Of a stretch of DNA of 64,000 bases, positions 45,501 through 55,320 are shown one piece after another. The DNA comes from a virus (Duplodnaviria; Caudoviricetes). The first letter of the stretch is position 1. The number at the start of each line of letters is the position of its first letter. The DNA is taken from IMG/VR virus record IMGVR_UViG_3300021400_001615, positions 1 to 64,000 of that record; one strand, 5' to 3'. The notes below the pieces were generated by a model. That model had not been told where the DNA came from. It saw only the letters and a program-made list of their open reading frames with translations, and made no database searches. Both the position numbers and the translations under genes were made by a program.

Positions 45501-48395
45501 TTTCGCATTACTGCGTACCAAAGTTTCATTTACATTTTCTCCCTTCTTTAATTAATCAACATATTATACAGTGCATCTCTGCACTCTTCATCGGTGAGTT
45601 CCCTTATCTGATCCCGACCGTACACAAAATCACCAGATTTATTATGGACGGTGTAATCATACGTGCCGTTATCATAGCAGTATATTTCACTTATTACACC
45701 GATTTCACCGTAAACATTGGTGTCGTAGCAACCGTCCGGCATGTCAACAATTACCTTTACTAATGAGCCAAGTAACATAAGCTATTCTCCTCTCATCAAA
45801 CCTATCTTTCATTAGTCTTCTCTTGCACAGATTGTGTAAATTTCTGCATCAAGAATTACTTCACCAGTGTCCATATCCTCAAGTGCAATATTTGCGGGAT
45901 TATCAACATCTCCGTAAATAGCAATCTCAACCTTATGGCCGAAATGTTCTTTCAGAATATTCCACAGCAGTTCGTTCATTTTCTTATCCATATCTTGTGT
46001 TTCCTTTCTTGTTTAATCACAACATGTTGTGCTTATACCACTCATGAAATAACCGTTTTATATTAAATCCATTCGTCCATTTCAAAAACGTTATCTGCGA
46101 GATAGTCATCTTCCGAGACTTCCGAAGCATTGACTTCTCTTACCATCGTCTCCAGGTCATCTTTTGTCCACATATCTGCCGGAACAAAAATCAACTCGTG
46201 GATCGAAGACGGCAGGATGTAATATGTTCCAATTTTCTGTTCCATTGCTTTCAGAAATTCTTCACAGTACAGAAGTCCACCGCCATACATCTTGCAATCA
46301 AGAGTTGCGACGTTCATTGGATCGCCGCTGAATTTGAAATTTTCAAGAGTCTCACCTTCAGAGAATAACAAGGACATCATAGAACCAAGCCTTACTCTGC
46401 GCATCATATTAGCCTTCGCTTTATAGATCTGTTCTGGCGTTACGTTCCCAAGGAAAGCAATCTTTCCATCCAGATCGTAGGCAACATAGAAATAGATTCC
46501 GTTCTTGACGGCAATCGGTTTTATTCTGCTGTCCTTGCGGTTCTTATAGCTTCTAGCAACAATGACAAGCACGTCATCAGTTGCGTTGTTCACTTCATTT
46601 ACCAGTTCATTGTACATTGGATCTTTCTCTGTAAGGTTCATGATTTTGTTTACCATATCTTGTATCTCCTTTCATTATAAACCACAATATCTTGTGTTAT
46701 ATTTCCCTATGAAATCGTTGTTTTATTTTATATATAGTTTTACGAATCTTTCAAATGCTCTCTCCGCTTTTGTATAGTCAAGAGTTAAATGCGACATATG
46801 TGTAACATGATCTTTTCCGCATACTTCTTCGTATACTAATGCCCTAAATCCCCTTCCGTTTTCATAACCAACCACAGCATATCTTCCGTTTTTACCCTCG
46901 CAAACTCTTTTATACATAAGACTCGTCATGTTATCACCTCATTAAACTGCATATCCCTGTTTCCTCGCTTCCTCGAGCATTGCTTCTTCACGATCATCTT
47001 CTGTCATATCTTCGTAGGCAATGTTGTGTTTTTCACAATATCCCTCAAAACGTATCTTGTTATAAATCTCTTTCATTTCTTCAATGGTTAATGATCCAAC
47101 ATATCTGTTTAATTCTGAATACGGTAATCTCAGCAAATCATCAAAAACAGCAAACACAACTCTCTTTTCTCTTTCTGTGAGTTTCATATAATGCCTCCTT
47201 CTATTAATTAGCTATGATAATCAAGTGTCGCCCCAATATAAAACTTATCCCCGTTTTTTACTCTTCTCATGAAGTCATCAAACGTTTCCGTACCGGCATA
47301 CTCCCCGTTGTCATCTACATAAAACCCGAATCTATCTCTGTATGCTGTTTCAAGACGGTACATCTTAAGGCTGAAATCGTTTGCATCAGTGCAAAAATCT
47401 TCGAATGTTGACAACAGAATATCCTTTGCCGCTTTGGTAAAATTAGAGAAGCGTTTTTCAAAATATTTTCTCTGATCTTTGATTGTAAAGCAATCTCCGT
47501 TGAAATCGGCAACACCATCCAGGCTCTTTTTGAGCCATTCAATATCATCATCTCTGTCGGTTTCGTCGCTTACATAATCGGCGATTTCCCCAATAAAGCC
47601 GGTGTCGTAGTAATCAGCTTCGCTGATGTAATCATCCTCGTTAATCGGATTGCTGCTAATCTGAAAAATTCTGCTATGCATATTGTTCTCCCTTTCTCTA
47701 TCATTCAGACTCTATAGTATTCTTTAAGAACCTCGTCAATGGTTGCCTTGCTTTGCCTACGAAAACCGCCACGAGGTGTCCCGACTGGATTAATAACTCC
47801 GTTATCCCACACCATACGCTGTCGCCACATATAGTGACGATCAGCGGTGTGTTTGACATCAATGTACTTATGCTCGTTTCTTTTGTTACGATAGGTTCTG
47901 ATCACTTTTTACCTCTTTCTTTAATTTTGTAATCGCCAAGTATAAGCGACATTTTATTTACGCCCATCCTATATGGCGATGACATACGCAGTGACAAATT
48001 TCCGTTTACGTGTGGCTGAACTTCTACGAGCAACCATCTTGGATATTCCTTTATGATCTTGATCGGCAACCACACATTTTCCCAGACTGCATGCGGCGGA
48101 TCGCTCCACTTGAGCAGCATCTCTTTGCCTTCGTAGCCATAATTCTTATATTGTAATGTTTTAAATTTACTGAGCCACTTCTGTGTTTCTGTCATACGCA
48201 TTTACCTTTCTATTAATCTACAATTATATATGGCGGGGTCGCCGAGGGCTTTTTACTGTCCTCGGCCTCCGCATATTCAAGGAACTCTTCCCAGAGTCCC
48301 TTTGATTTAATGAATTCTTCGCCGTAGTTTACCGCCAAACGATGATGACGTTTTGTCTTACGCTCTTCTTCAAGATAATCTGAAATATTCATCAT
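42593..48395 (-). other. Array of small hypothetical ORFs separated by a repeated junction motif
   Basis: About 20 ORFs of 60-200 aa; junctions of the form stop-ATRAAA-N6-TTTNAT-GAAGGGAGA-start. Confidence 0.75.
46063..46656 (-). CDS. DUF5688-like protein
   Basis: YYILPSSIHELIFVP...MVREVN motif. Confidence 0.7.
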   Translation of the reverse strand: MVNKIMNLTEKDPMYNELVNEVNNATDDVLVIVARSYKNRKDSRIKPIAVKNGIYFYVAYDLDGKIAFLGNVTPEQIYKAKANMMRRVRLGSMMSLLFSEGETLENFKFSGDPMNVATLDCKMYGGGLLYCEEFLKAMEQKIGTYYILPSSIHELIFVPADMWTKDDLETMVREVNASEVSEDDYLADNVFEMDEWI

Positions 48396-48409
48396 ATTAT
48401 TATCCCCTC

Positions 48410-49441
48410 TTAAGCGGCCTTGGCCAGCTTATAACCAAGGTCGATCAGCTTTGCCTTACCAATGTTGTTATCATTGGCGACCGACATGAACAGCTTCTGA
48501 TTATAGTTCTTCGTTTTCCTGTGCAGATCAGTATGAGTAGCATAATCACTGATTGCATTCCAAAGACGGAACTGATTGTGATCGAGGTGCTGAAGATCCG
48601 GTGCGTCAAAATACCTTGCGGTCAGATCGTTCCTTACCGCAATGATATCACGCTGGAGCGTTTCGATCTTTTCGAGATTCTTAAACTTCTCGCTTGTGTT
48701 GATCGGCACGATCTTCTTAAGCGTCTCGATCTTGGCCAGCTTCGGTGCTGTTTCCTGCACCACGATCTGGTCGAGGATCTGGATTGCTCTCTCCTCGGTG
48801 ATCTTTGCCCTCTTCATGGTGTCAATTTCCTTTCCGAGAGCTTCCATATAAGCCTGTCCGTTGCGAAGCGTCTGGATTGCTTCGTCTACGTGAGACTTAA
48901 CATTTGTGGTGTGACGGTAAGACCAGCTTCTCTTTGCACCGGACAGAGAAGCATTCAGCGTATTCTGGCATACAACACGGATCGGGGAAATAGCCGCACG
49001 AATTGCTCCACCGCCACCGTGGGTGTTTGTCAGGATGTAATAATCCTGAATGAATTCCTCAGCGAATGTAGTTCCCTCGGTCATGGCACACAGCCATGTC
49101 ACTCTGCCTTTGTCCAGAGAACCGGCAGTTTCGATCTTTGCACCAAGGCCGATCATTTCCTTACTAAGATCGAACAGTTCCTGATTCTGGAAAGGCACGT
49201 ATGTTTCCTTTACAAAGCCGTAATGCTGACCATCTGTTACACGACGAATCTCATATTCGTCATCAAGATTACGCACAGTTCCGTCTGCCAGAAGCTGCAC
49301 GGCCTGGACCTTTTCCACATCCCATTCAAGACCGGCTGCCTTGATAGCTGCGTCATATGTGGGATAATCCTCAAGGATGATGCCCTGTCCATGCCACGGG
49401 ATTTCTCTTACACTGAACATGTTTTCTACATTTGCTGCCAT
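48410..49441 (-). CDS. DUF932 / DUF945 family phage protein
   Basis: MFSVREIPWHGQG, ETAGSL, NTHGG and PIRVVCQNTL motifs. Confidence 0.85.
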   Translation of the reverse strand: MAANVENMFSVREIPWHGQGIILEDYPTYDAAIKAAGLEWDVEKVQAVQLLADGTVRNLDDEYEIRRVTDGQHYGFVKETYVPFQNQELFDLSKEMIGLGAKIETAGSLDKGRVTWLCAMTEGTTFAEEFIQDYYILTNTHGGGGAIRAAISPIRVVCQNTLNASLSGAKRSWSYRHTTNVKSHVDEAIQTLRNGQAYMEALGKEIDTMKRAKITEERAIQILDQIVVQETAPKLAKIETLKKIVPINTSEKFKNLEKIETLQRDIIAVRNDLTARYFDAPDLQHLDHNQFRLWNAISDYATHTDLHRKTKNYNQKLFMSVANDNNIGKAKLIDLGYKLAKAA

Positions 49442-49657
49442 AGTATTATCTCCTTTTCTTTTATGATTGATTTAATTATGTTGTTCACTATTAATAGCGC
49501 ACTCAAGATTCGTGGAACATTTCTATATCGGTTTCATCTCTTGCCTTCTGCCACCGGGCAACGGCCCCCGCAGATAGGCGGCGGGCCTTGCCGGGTAATC
49601 GAAGGCAAGCGTAAATTGAAATCCCTTGTGCGATTTCGCTGTTCTGCGATTTAATTA

Positions 49658-50614
49658 TTAACGATAGATCTCGTTCATTCTCTTGTTGAAATCAAAGTCG
49701 TTGTCGTCAATGACTTCTTTCATGAATGCGAACAGCTTGTATCCCTCGCCGATGTACTCCTTTCTCTTCTCCTCCAGATATTCCTCAGAGTCGGCAAGAG
49801 ACAGGCGAATCTTTGTACCCATGAAATTGAAAACAATGCGCACACCGTGGAACCGGATCAGGTTCTGGAGTGTGTAGTAAGCACCAGCGCCTTTGAATGC
49901 GTTGTTCCAAGCGCCGCTCTTTGCAGTATCACGAGGCAGCCTGATCATTTCGCTCATGAAACTTCTCATGATCGTTTCGAGAACTCTATAGTTCTTCGCA
50001 TGCTGCGCTTCAACAGCATACTCGTAGAACTTCGGGGTAAGCTTCCCTTTGATCTCGTTGAGCCAATAGCACCTACCGGCCACCTTGACGTATGCCCTTT
50101 TATTCTTGATCTGGAACGGGCGAGAATAAGCATACTTCTCAAGCTTCTGAGCATAATCATAAATTGTCTGAGCCACAGTAAGCGGCGTGAAGAAAGACTT
50201 CCTGATCTCAAAATCCTCGCCGCCATCCTTTTCCATTTTGGCAAGTGCGTGGATCTCATTCAACATCATCTTGAACTGGTAATCATATCCGTACCAATCA
50301 TTCAATGCCGCATTGAAACCTTCCCGGCCATCATGAGCCTTATAGTTAAGCATTTTAAACATCTGAGCCATTACCCACCGGCGGAAGAGACGGTTATTGT
50401 TAACATAGCCATCTTCCGTGATCTTCTTTTCCATTTCATCCATGAAAACCGGTGTGCCGTCCTCGCTGATCGACAGCGTGATCTTGGAGCCGGGCTTGAG
50501 ACCCTCCGGAAGAGACAGGCTGAAATACTTTGTGGTGTTGATGTTATTGTTGTTGAGAGTTTCTTTTCTGTTATTGTATTTACGCATAACGATTTCTCCT
50601 TTTCTATTAATCAA
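49658..50614 (-). CDS. hypothetical protein, candidate RT-system partner
   Basis: 318-aa ORF in the same direction directly after the RT, array and 124-aa gene; LFRRWVMAQMF and FKGAGAYYTLQNLIRFH segments. Confidence 0.75.
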   Translation of the reverse strand: MINRKGEIVMRKYNNRKETLNNNNINTTKYFSLSLPEGLKPGSKITLSISEDGTPVFMDEMEKKITEDGYVNNNRLFRRWVMAQMFKMLNYKAHDGREGFNAALNDWYGYDYQFKMMLNEIHALAKMEKDGGEDFEIRKSFFTPLTVAQTIYDYAQKLEKYAYSRPFQIKNKRAYVKVAGRCYWLNEIKGKLTPKFYEYAVEAQHAKNYRVLETIMRSFMSEMIRLPRDTAKSGAWNNAFKGAGAYYTLQNLIRFHGVRIVFNFMGTKIRLSLADSEEYLEEKRKEYIGEGYKLFAFMKEVIDDNDFDFNKRMNEIYR

Positions 50615-50620
50615 TTTCTA

Positions 50621-50995
50621 TTAATCAATCCAGTCTCTGAGAATAACGAGGTCGGGATCATTACCCTTCCAGAACCATTTACCTTTCATCACTTTGGTGT
50701 CCCATTTAAGGATACCGGAAACAATCATGCTGAGGACATATAACTCCAACTCCTTTCTCGCCTCATATCTGTTTGCACCGCATACAAGCTGTGCATCGGT
50801 TAATTTGTCTGCCGGTAACGCATAGAAGTATGTCTTGCGGTCATCATTTTCCGTTGGTATGGAATACTTGTATATAGCATACAAGCGTTCGATTTCCGCT
50901 AAACATTCCTCAAGTGTCACCCTTTGAACATTACATTCAAATGGAATTCCATTTACCGTCCTTTCTTTAAAGTTAATTTTCATTTTATCCTCCAT
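50621..50995 (-). CDS. hypothetical protein, candidate RT-system partner
   Basis: Begins right after the ncRNA array (GGAGG RBS favours a start at 50983); LYAIYKYSIP and WFWKG..DLVILRDWI. Confidence 0.75.
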   Translation of the reverse strand: MEDKMKINFKERTVNGIPFECNVQRVTLEECLAEIERLYAIYKYSIPTENDDRKTYFYALPADKLTDAQLVCGANRYEARKELELYVLSMIVSGILKWDTKVMKGKWFWKGNDPDLVILRDWID

Positions 50996-51001
50996 TTATG
51001 G

Positions 51002-51545
51002 TACTCAAATATCACGATGTGTTTCTATAATAGTCTCATATTTACAGTTGTGATCCTGAATCCTGGAGGCGCAGGTAACCCGTCAAGTTTCCGACAGAAA
51101 ATTTACGGGTTAGCAGCGCCTCCTGGATTCAGGAGAACCTGTAAATTAAAATTGATACCCTTGTACCAATCTGCGTCACATTCCGCTTGAAGAAATACTC
51201 ATTTGCCTTTATGCATTTCTTTATTTTTTTCATGTATGAGCTTATAAGTGCCGGATGAGGACGACCGACGCGGTTATTGATAGATTAGCGCGCCGGTCGT
51301 CGGAAATCCGATGCACCTTGGAAGCCCAACTAAAGCGTGGCAACATTGTATTTCTATGGTTGCATTCCCTTGTATACTCAAACCATCGGCATGTCTCTGT
51401 AATTGCTACATATCATGCAGCAGGAAGGATCCAGCAGCAGTCCTGGAGAATTGGGATACTGATTATCCAGGACGGAAGCTGGATCCTCGTATGCTGCATC
51501 ATTAAATGGATATGGTTCTTGTATATCATTTCCCGTCATGCTCCG
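51002..51545 (-). ncRNA. tandem array of three structured ncRNA units downstream of the RT
   Basis: Hairpins at 51040-51146, ~51240-51325 and 51415-51499; each unit starts (plus strand) with TACTCA at 51002, 51196 and 51375 and shares flanking motifs. Confidence 0.8.
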
Positions 51546-51553
51546 GGTTTACC

Positions 51554-52804
51554 TTATAACATCCGAACTAACGTGTTGTACACCGCTCGGTCTGTCACCA
51601 ATGCATTTCTCGCCTCCGTCAATGACATATAACCTTTGATTTCTTTCGGCGTTTTCTGCCGGTTTGCCTTGACATTCTTCCCGGTTCCTCGCAGAACCGT
51701 TTTGTTTGGAAGATTATTAGCACTACCAAGGCCACCGATTTCCTTTTTGCCGGTCATCATTGCCCGAAGAGCATCCATCACGAAGTTGTTTAACTCATTG
51801 ATGTCCTCTTCTACATTGATCACGCCGAGAATGTTGGTTGCCCAACTGTATTCACCATCGCCGACATACAAGAAATTGTTAACAGAATTAAGAGCAGATC
51901 TAAAGGATCTTTTTCCCTTGATCGTTCTATCTTCAATTTCCTTCTGGAATTTTTTGACCCTAGACTTCGACAGCGTGATCATATCTCCCTTGATATTGTA
52001 ACCAAGAAATTTGAACCACCTGTCTGCATACAGATCCTCAACCTTTTTCGGATTGAGTTTCATCTGCATTTTTGCCAGATCTGCCTTTAATATTTCCATT
52101 GCTTTGTCAGCGTCTTCGCCGATGAAGATCATATCATCTGAGTAGCGGACATAATATCCGTTTAACTTACTCAGCTTGTCATCGGTCTCGTACAGCATGA
52201 CATCTGCCAGAAAAGCGGCAACTGCGCAGCCCTGTTTGAGTGATGCGTAATGATTAATCAGATTTCCGTCTATGTCGAAGCACAGATCAGAGTGATAATA
52301 TTTACGCAACACATCGATCACAGGGTCATCGCCGAGACGATCAAACACAGCGTCGATGAATCTAATTGGTACACTGTCGAAGTATTTGCTCAGATCTGCT
52401 TTCCATCCGAGTTTACCTTCGACGCTTTTTGCTTCTTCTACCAATCTATTCACTACCTTGCCGGTTCCAATTCCTTTCTGGTATGAAGTACACGTCCGGT
52501 GTATCATCTCCGGATACATATCAAAAAGGATATCATTGACAACGCTGAGGAAGATCCGGTCGAATGGTTCATTTACATAAACCGTTCGAAAATCCCCGTT
52601 TTCCTTTGGGATCCTAGCTTCATGCGGCGGTGCGATCTCGAATTCACCGGCACGAATTGCTTTGTAAATAGCAAGCCGGGTTTCCGGCGAACACATCTGG
52701 CGCAACTGTGTTTTGCTTATCCCTTTGACCACGCCGGAAGAAATCGCTCTCTCCCAACGTTCCGGATTGAATAGCTGATAAAGAATACTATCAATTATAA
52801 CCAT
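51554..52804 (-). CDS. reverse transcriptase, stand-alone and unclassified
   Basis: IPKENGDFRTV, KADLSKYFDSV, LKQG, YVRYSDD and FKFLGY motifs. Confidence 0.95.
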   Translation of the reverse strand: MVIIDSILYQLFNPERWERAISSGVVKGISKTQLRQMCSPETRLAIYKAIRAGEFEIAPPHEARIPKENGDFRTVYVNEPFDRIFLSVVNDILFDMYPEMIHRTCTSYQKGIGTGKVVNRLVEEAKSVEGKLGWKADLSKYFDSVPIRFIDAVFDRLGDDPVIDVLRKYYHSDLCFDIDGNLINHYASLKQGCAVAAFLADVMLYETDDKLSKLNGYYVRYSDDMIFIGEDADKAMEILKADLAKMQMKLNPKKVEDLYADRWFKFLGYNIKGDMITLSKSRVKKFQKEIEDRTIKGKRSFRSALNSVNNFLYVGDGEYSWATNILGVINVEEDINELNNFVMDALRAMMTGKKEIGGLGSANNLPNKTVLRGTGKNVKANRQKTPKEIKGYMSLTEARNALVTDRAVYNTLVRML

Positions 52805-53116
52805 ATTCTTTTTTCACCTCGTTTAATTTGTTAACAGCATCGAAATAGTTCTCAAAGAACCATACTTTGTAGCCGTAATATACATACCACTGTTCGAGAA
52901 GATCTACGTATTTGATTCCCATCAGATCACCTCCGGTAGCCGAGGATTTTCTCGGCTTCATCTCTCACTGCCATACGCTCCCTTAAAGGAAGCTTGTAGT
53001 AATCCGGGTTGATCTCAAGGCATTTCTGCCGGAAGATCTCCGTTGTGCGGTCATATTCCTTCATGTTGTTCCGGGTTACGTCTTCCCTTACGTTGTATAC
53101 CCATTTCGGATACCAT

Positions 53117-53284
53117 TTAGTAGCCATACTCGTCATCCTCCTCTTCTTCGTCAATCCCGAAGTATCTCATCTCTCTTTCGTCGAGATCAATGTCTTGATC
53201 TTCGAGGAATTCCTCAAGTTCGCCATTGTCGTACATCCATGCGATTGCCTTTTCAGCGATCTCTTTCAGTTTTTCTGCGCTCAT
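53117..53284 (-). CDS. very acidic 55-aa protein
   Basis: MSAEKLKEIAEK...FGIDEEEEDDEYGY, RBS GAGGT; below the ORF-track length cutoff. Confidence 0.6.
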   Translation of the reverse strand: MSAEKLKEIAEKAIAWMYDNGELEEFLEDQDIDLDEREMRYFGIDEEEEDDEYGY

Positions 53285-53404
53285 TTTTACTACCTCGCTT
53301 TCCTTTAATTATTTATTAGCATAATCTAAAGTTGTTGTCAATAGATTATACTCACAAATAGACACACGACCGAAGTCGCATGCCTAATCTGAGTACAATC
53401 ACCG

Positions 53405-54058
53405 TCAAGCAGTAGCACCGGCAGCGAATTTCGCCTCGTCGCCGATTACCGGGAGCAGACGCTTTTCTGTATAGGAGATCATCTGGATTTCCCTATTCAA
53501 AATGCCCCGGTAATTATCATCCAGTGCAGCAAGAACCTTCACTGTTGTCTGATCATACTTGCCGAGGAACTTTTTCAGTTCCCTTTTGACAGTATCGTTG
53601 TTTCCGTGCAGGATCAGCATATGGGCAACCAGTTCCATGCGGAACCGAGTAATTCCATAACCTTTGCACCATGCCGGGCAAGCAAGGAGAACCTCAAGGA
53701 CACTCCGGAAAGTATCTCCGTTGTCATTCGTTGTATAGATAATATACTTGGCAAAATCGACATTAGTGATTGCAAGGTTTTTGGCCTTGCCGTCACCCCA
53801 CTTTGACACATTCACATTCATTTCCTTTGTGACTGTGTCAAATACTTTGGATACCCATTCCGGGAAAACCGGCTTTTTGCCGACATGACCGGCAATAGAA
53901 TACTCATAGGGCGAGATCAGGTTGTCCCATTTAGCTTCCATGATTCTCACTTTGTTATCGGCCTCTTTGACTGCCGCGATCACATCATCAAGACCATAAA
54001 GCTTAACCATTTCCATCATTGCCTTCATATTGTTATTGTTCATCATAATAACTACCAC
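53405..54058 (-). CDS. hypothetical protein
   Basis: 217-aa ORF. Confidence 0.7.
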   Translation of the reverse strand: MVVIMMNNNNMKAMMEMVKLYGLDDVIAAVKEADNKVRIMEAKWDNLISPYEYSIAGHVGKKPVFPEWVSKVFDTVTKEMNVNVSKWGDGKAKNLAITNVDFAKYIIYTTNDNGDTFRSVLEVLLACPAWCKGYGITRFRMELVAHMLILHGNNDTVKRELKKFLGKYDQTTVKVLAALDDNYRGILNREIQMISYTEKRLLPVIGDEAKFAAGATA

Positions 54059-54112
54059 CTTTCTTTTATTTGTTTTAATTTAGTCTTTGAGAATTAATAG
54101 CAGAGAAATATG

Positions 54113-54592
54113 TTATGCAACCTCTCTTCGCTGAGGAATTACGCCATGCCGGAGGCAGATCTCGTCTACCTCATTGTCTGCAAGAATCCGGTTTACCTTA
54201 AGCTCCTTGGAGATAATCCAAGGGTCTTTCTGTTTCGAATTCGTGCGGAAGTAGTACCAACCGTCGAGCAGTTCCCTTGAACCACGCCGGTCTGTGACCG
54301 TAAGCTGATCGCCACGGACTTCGCATTCACACCATACAGTGTCCTTGCGCTGAACCAGGGTGCCATCGGCTTCCCTTTTGCCAATCCAGTCGGTGACCGG
54401 AATTTCGGTACTATGGAAACCGGGACGCAATGCCAGTTTGCCGCCACACCCGGAAGCCTTGACGTGGGTTTCGTCTACCTTTTCTCCGACAGCGGCAGTC
54501 AGCCATTCACCAAGAGGGATTTCCCTCTTGGCTTCTACATACAGCGGATATAACTTTCCGTTTTTTACACGGAATAGTTTGTATGTGAGCAA
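54113..54592 (-). CDS. hypothetical phage protein
   Basis: YKLFRVKNGKLYPLY...LALRPGFH motif. Confidence 0.7.
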   Translation of the reverse strand: MLTYKLFRVKNGKLYPLYVEAKREIPLGEWLTAAVGEKVDETHVKASGCGGKLALRPGFHSTEIPVTDWIGKREADGTLVQRKDTVWCECEVRGDQLTVTDRRGSRELLDGWYYFRTNSKQKDPWIISKELKVNRILADNEVDEICLRHGVIPQRREVA

Positions 54593-54609
54593 ATCATGTC
54601 CTCCTTTAA

Positions 54610-55320
54610 TTAATGCTCGTCAGCATAGCTGCTCTCACCGTATGGGCAACCTCTTCCGGTTTCCTTGCAGATGTCGCAGTTTCCGGGACACTTGTGCATC
54701 TTGGGAGCTTCCTCTCCCTTGAACCTCACGGCGAACACCGGGAAGTTATACGGATTCGGGAACGGTACTACTATATAACTGCCATCTTCAAGCTGCACTT
54801 TCCACTCCGAGAACATAATGGAGAGATTCGACGGGAGATTTTCCTTTCCGTTCTTGTCACACCAAGCATTTACGATCTCGTACATCTTGGTATACGTCCA
54901 GAACCGGAACTTCGGGAATTCCCGGGCAATATGTACCATCTCCTCGAAGTATTCCGCATCGAGGATTTCCCCGGCAACATGCCACCGGAAAAACAGGTTT
55001 TTCTTCCGGTGTTTACATGCCTTGCGGATCTCCGCAAAGTACCTTTCCCTGTCGTGCCGAGCAAGGATCGTGTTGCGGACACGGGCATCAATCACGTTCT
55101 TGTACTGAATGCAAGCCTTGATGTCGTAGCAAATTTCCTTGCAGTGCTTGCAGTTGCCGCAAGTCATCACCGGCATAAGGGACACGTTAAGGACACGTCC
55201 GATCTTCCGGTTTCCTTTGGAAATGGAGATCTTTACAGCGCCGAGTCCTTTCTCACGGTACATAGCCGTGAGTTTTACTGCGTTATCAATAACCTTTTTA
55301 ATTGTTTCCGGTTTGTACAT
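54610..55320 (-). CDS. Gp88-like protein
   Basis: TCGNC..C...CY, FRWHVAGEI and FWTYTK motifs. Confidence 0.7.
   Translation of the reverse strand: MYKPETIKKVIDNAVKLTAMYREKGLGAVKISISKGNRKIGRVLNVSLMPVMTCGNCKHCKEICYDIKACIQYKNVIDARVRNTILARHDRERYFAEIRKACKHRKKNLFFRWHVAGEILDAEYFEEMVHIAREFPKFRFWTYTKMYEIVNAWCDKNGKENLPSNLSIMFSEWKVQLEDGSYIVVPFPNPYNFPVFAVRFKGEEAPKMHKCPGNCDICKETGRGCPYGESSYADEH

Noticed and set aside
48353-49654. 433-aa plus-strand ORF (also 49847-50743 and 54613-55335)
   Set aside because: Antisense shadows of well-supported minus-strand genes in a GC-richer region.
51002-51545. CRISPR array
   Set aside because: Units are ~185 nt with degenerate flanks and internal hairpins, with no identical 25-45-bp repeats and no cas operon.
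51255-51632. Plus-strand ORFs over the ncRNA array
   Set aside because: Antisense to the operon, no convincing RBS or protein-like features; better explained by the GC-rich hairpins.
51554-52804. RT as a group II intron or DGR
   Set aside because: I found no domain V/VI-like sequence downstream, no interrupted host gene, no TR/VR pair differing at adenines and no recognisable Avd gene in the window.
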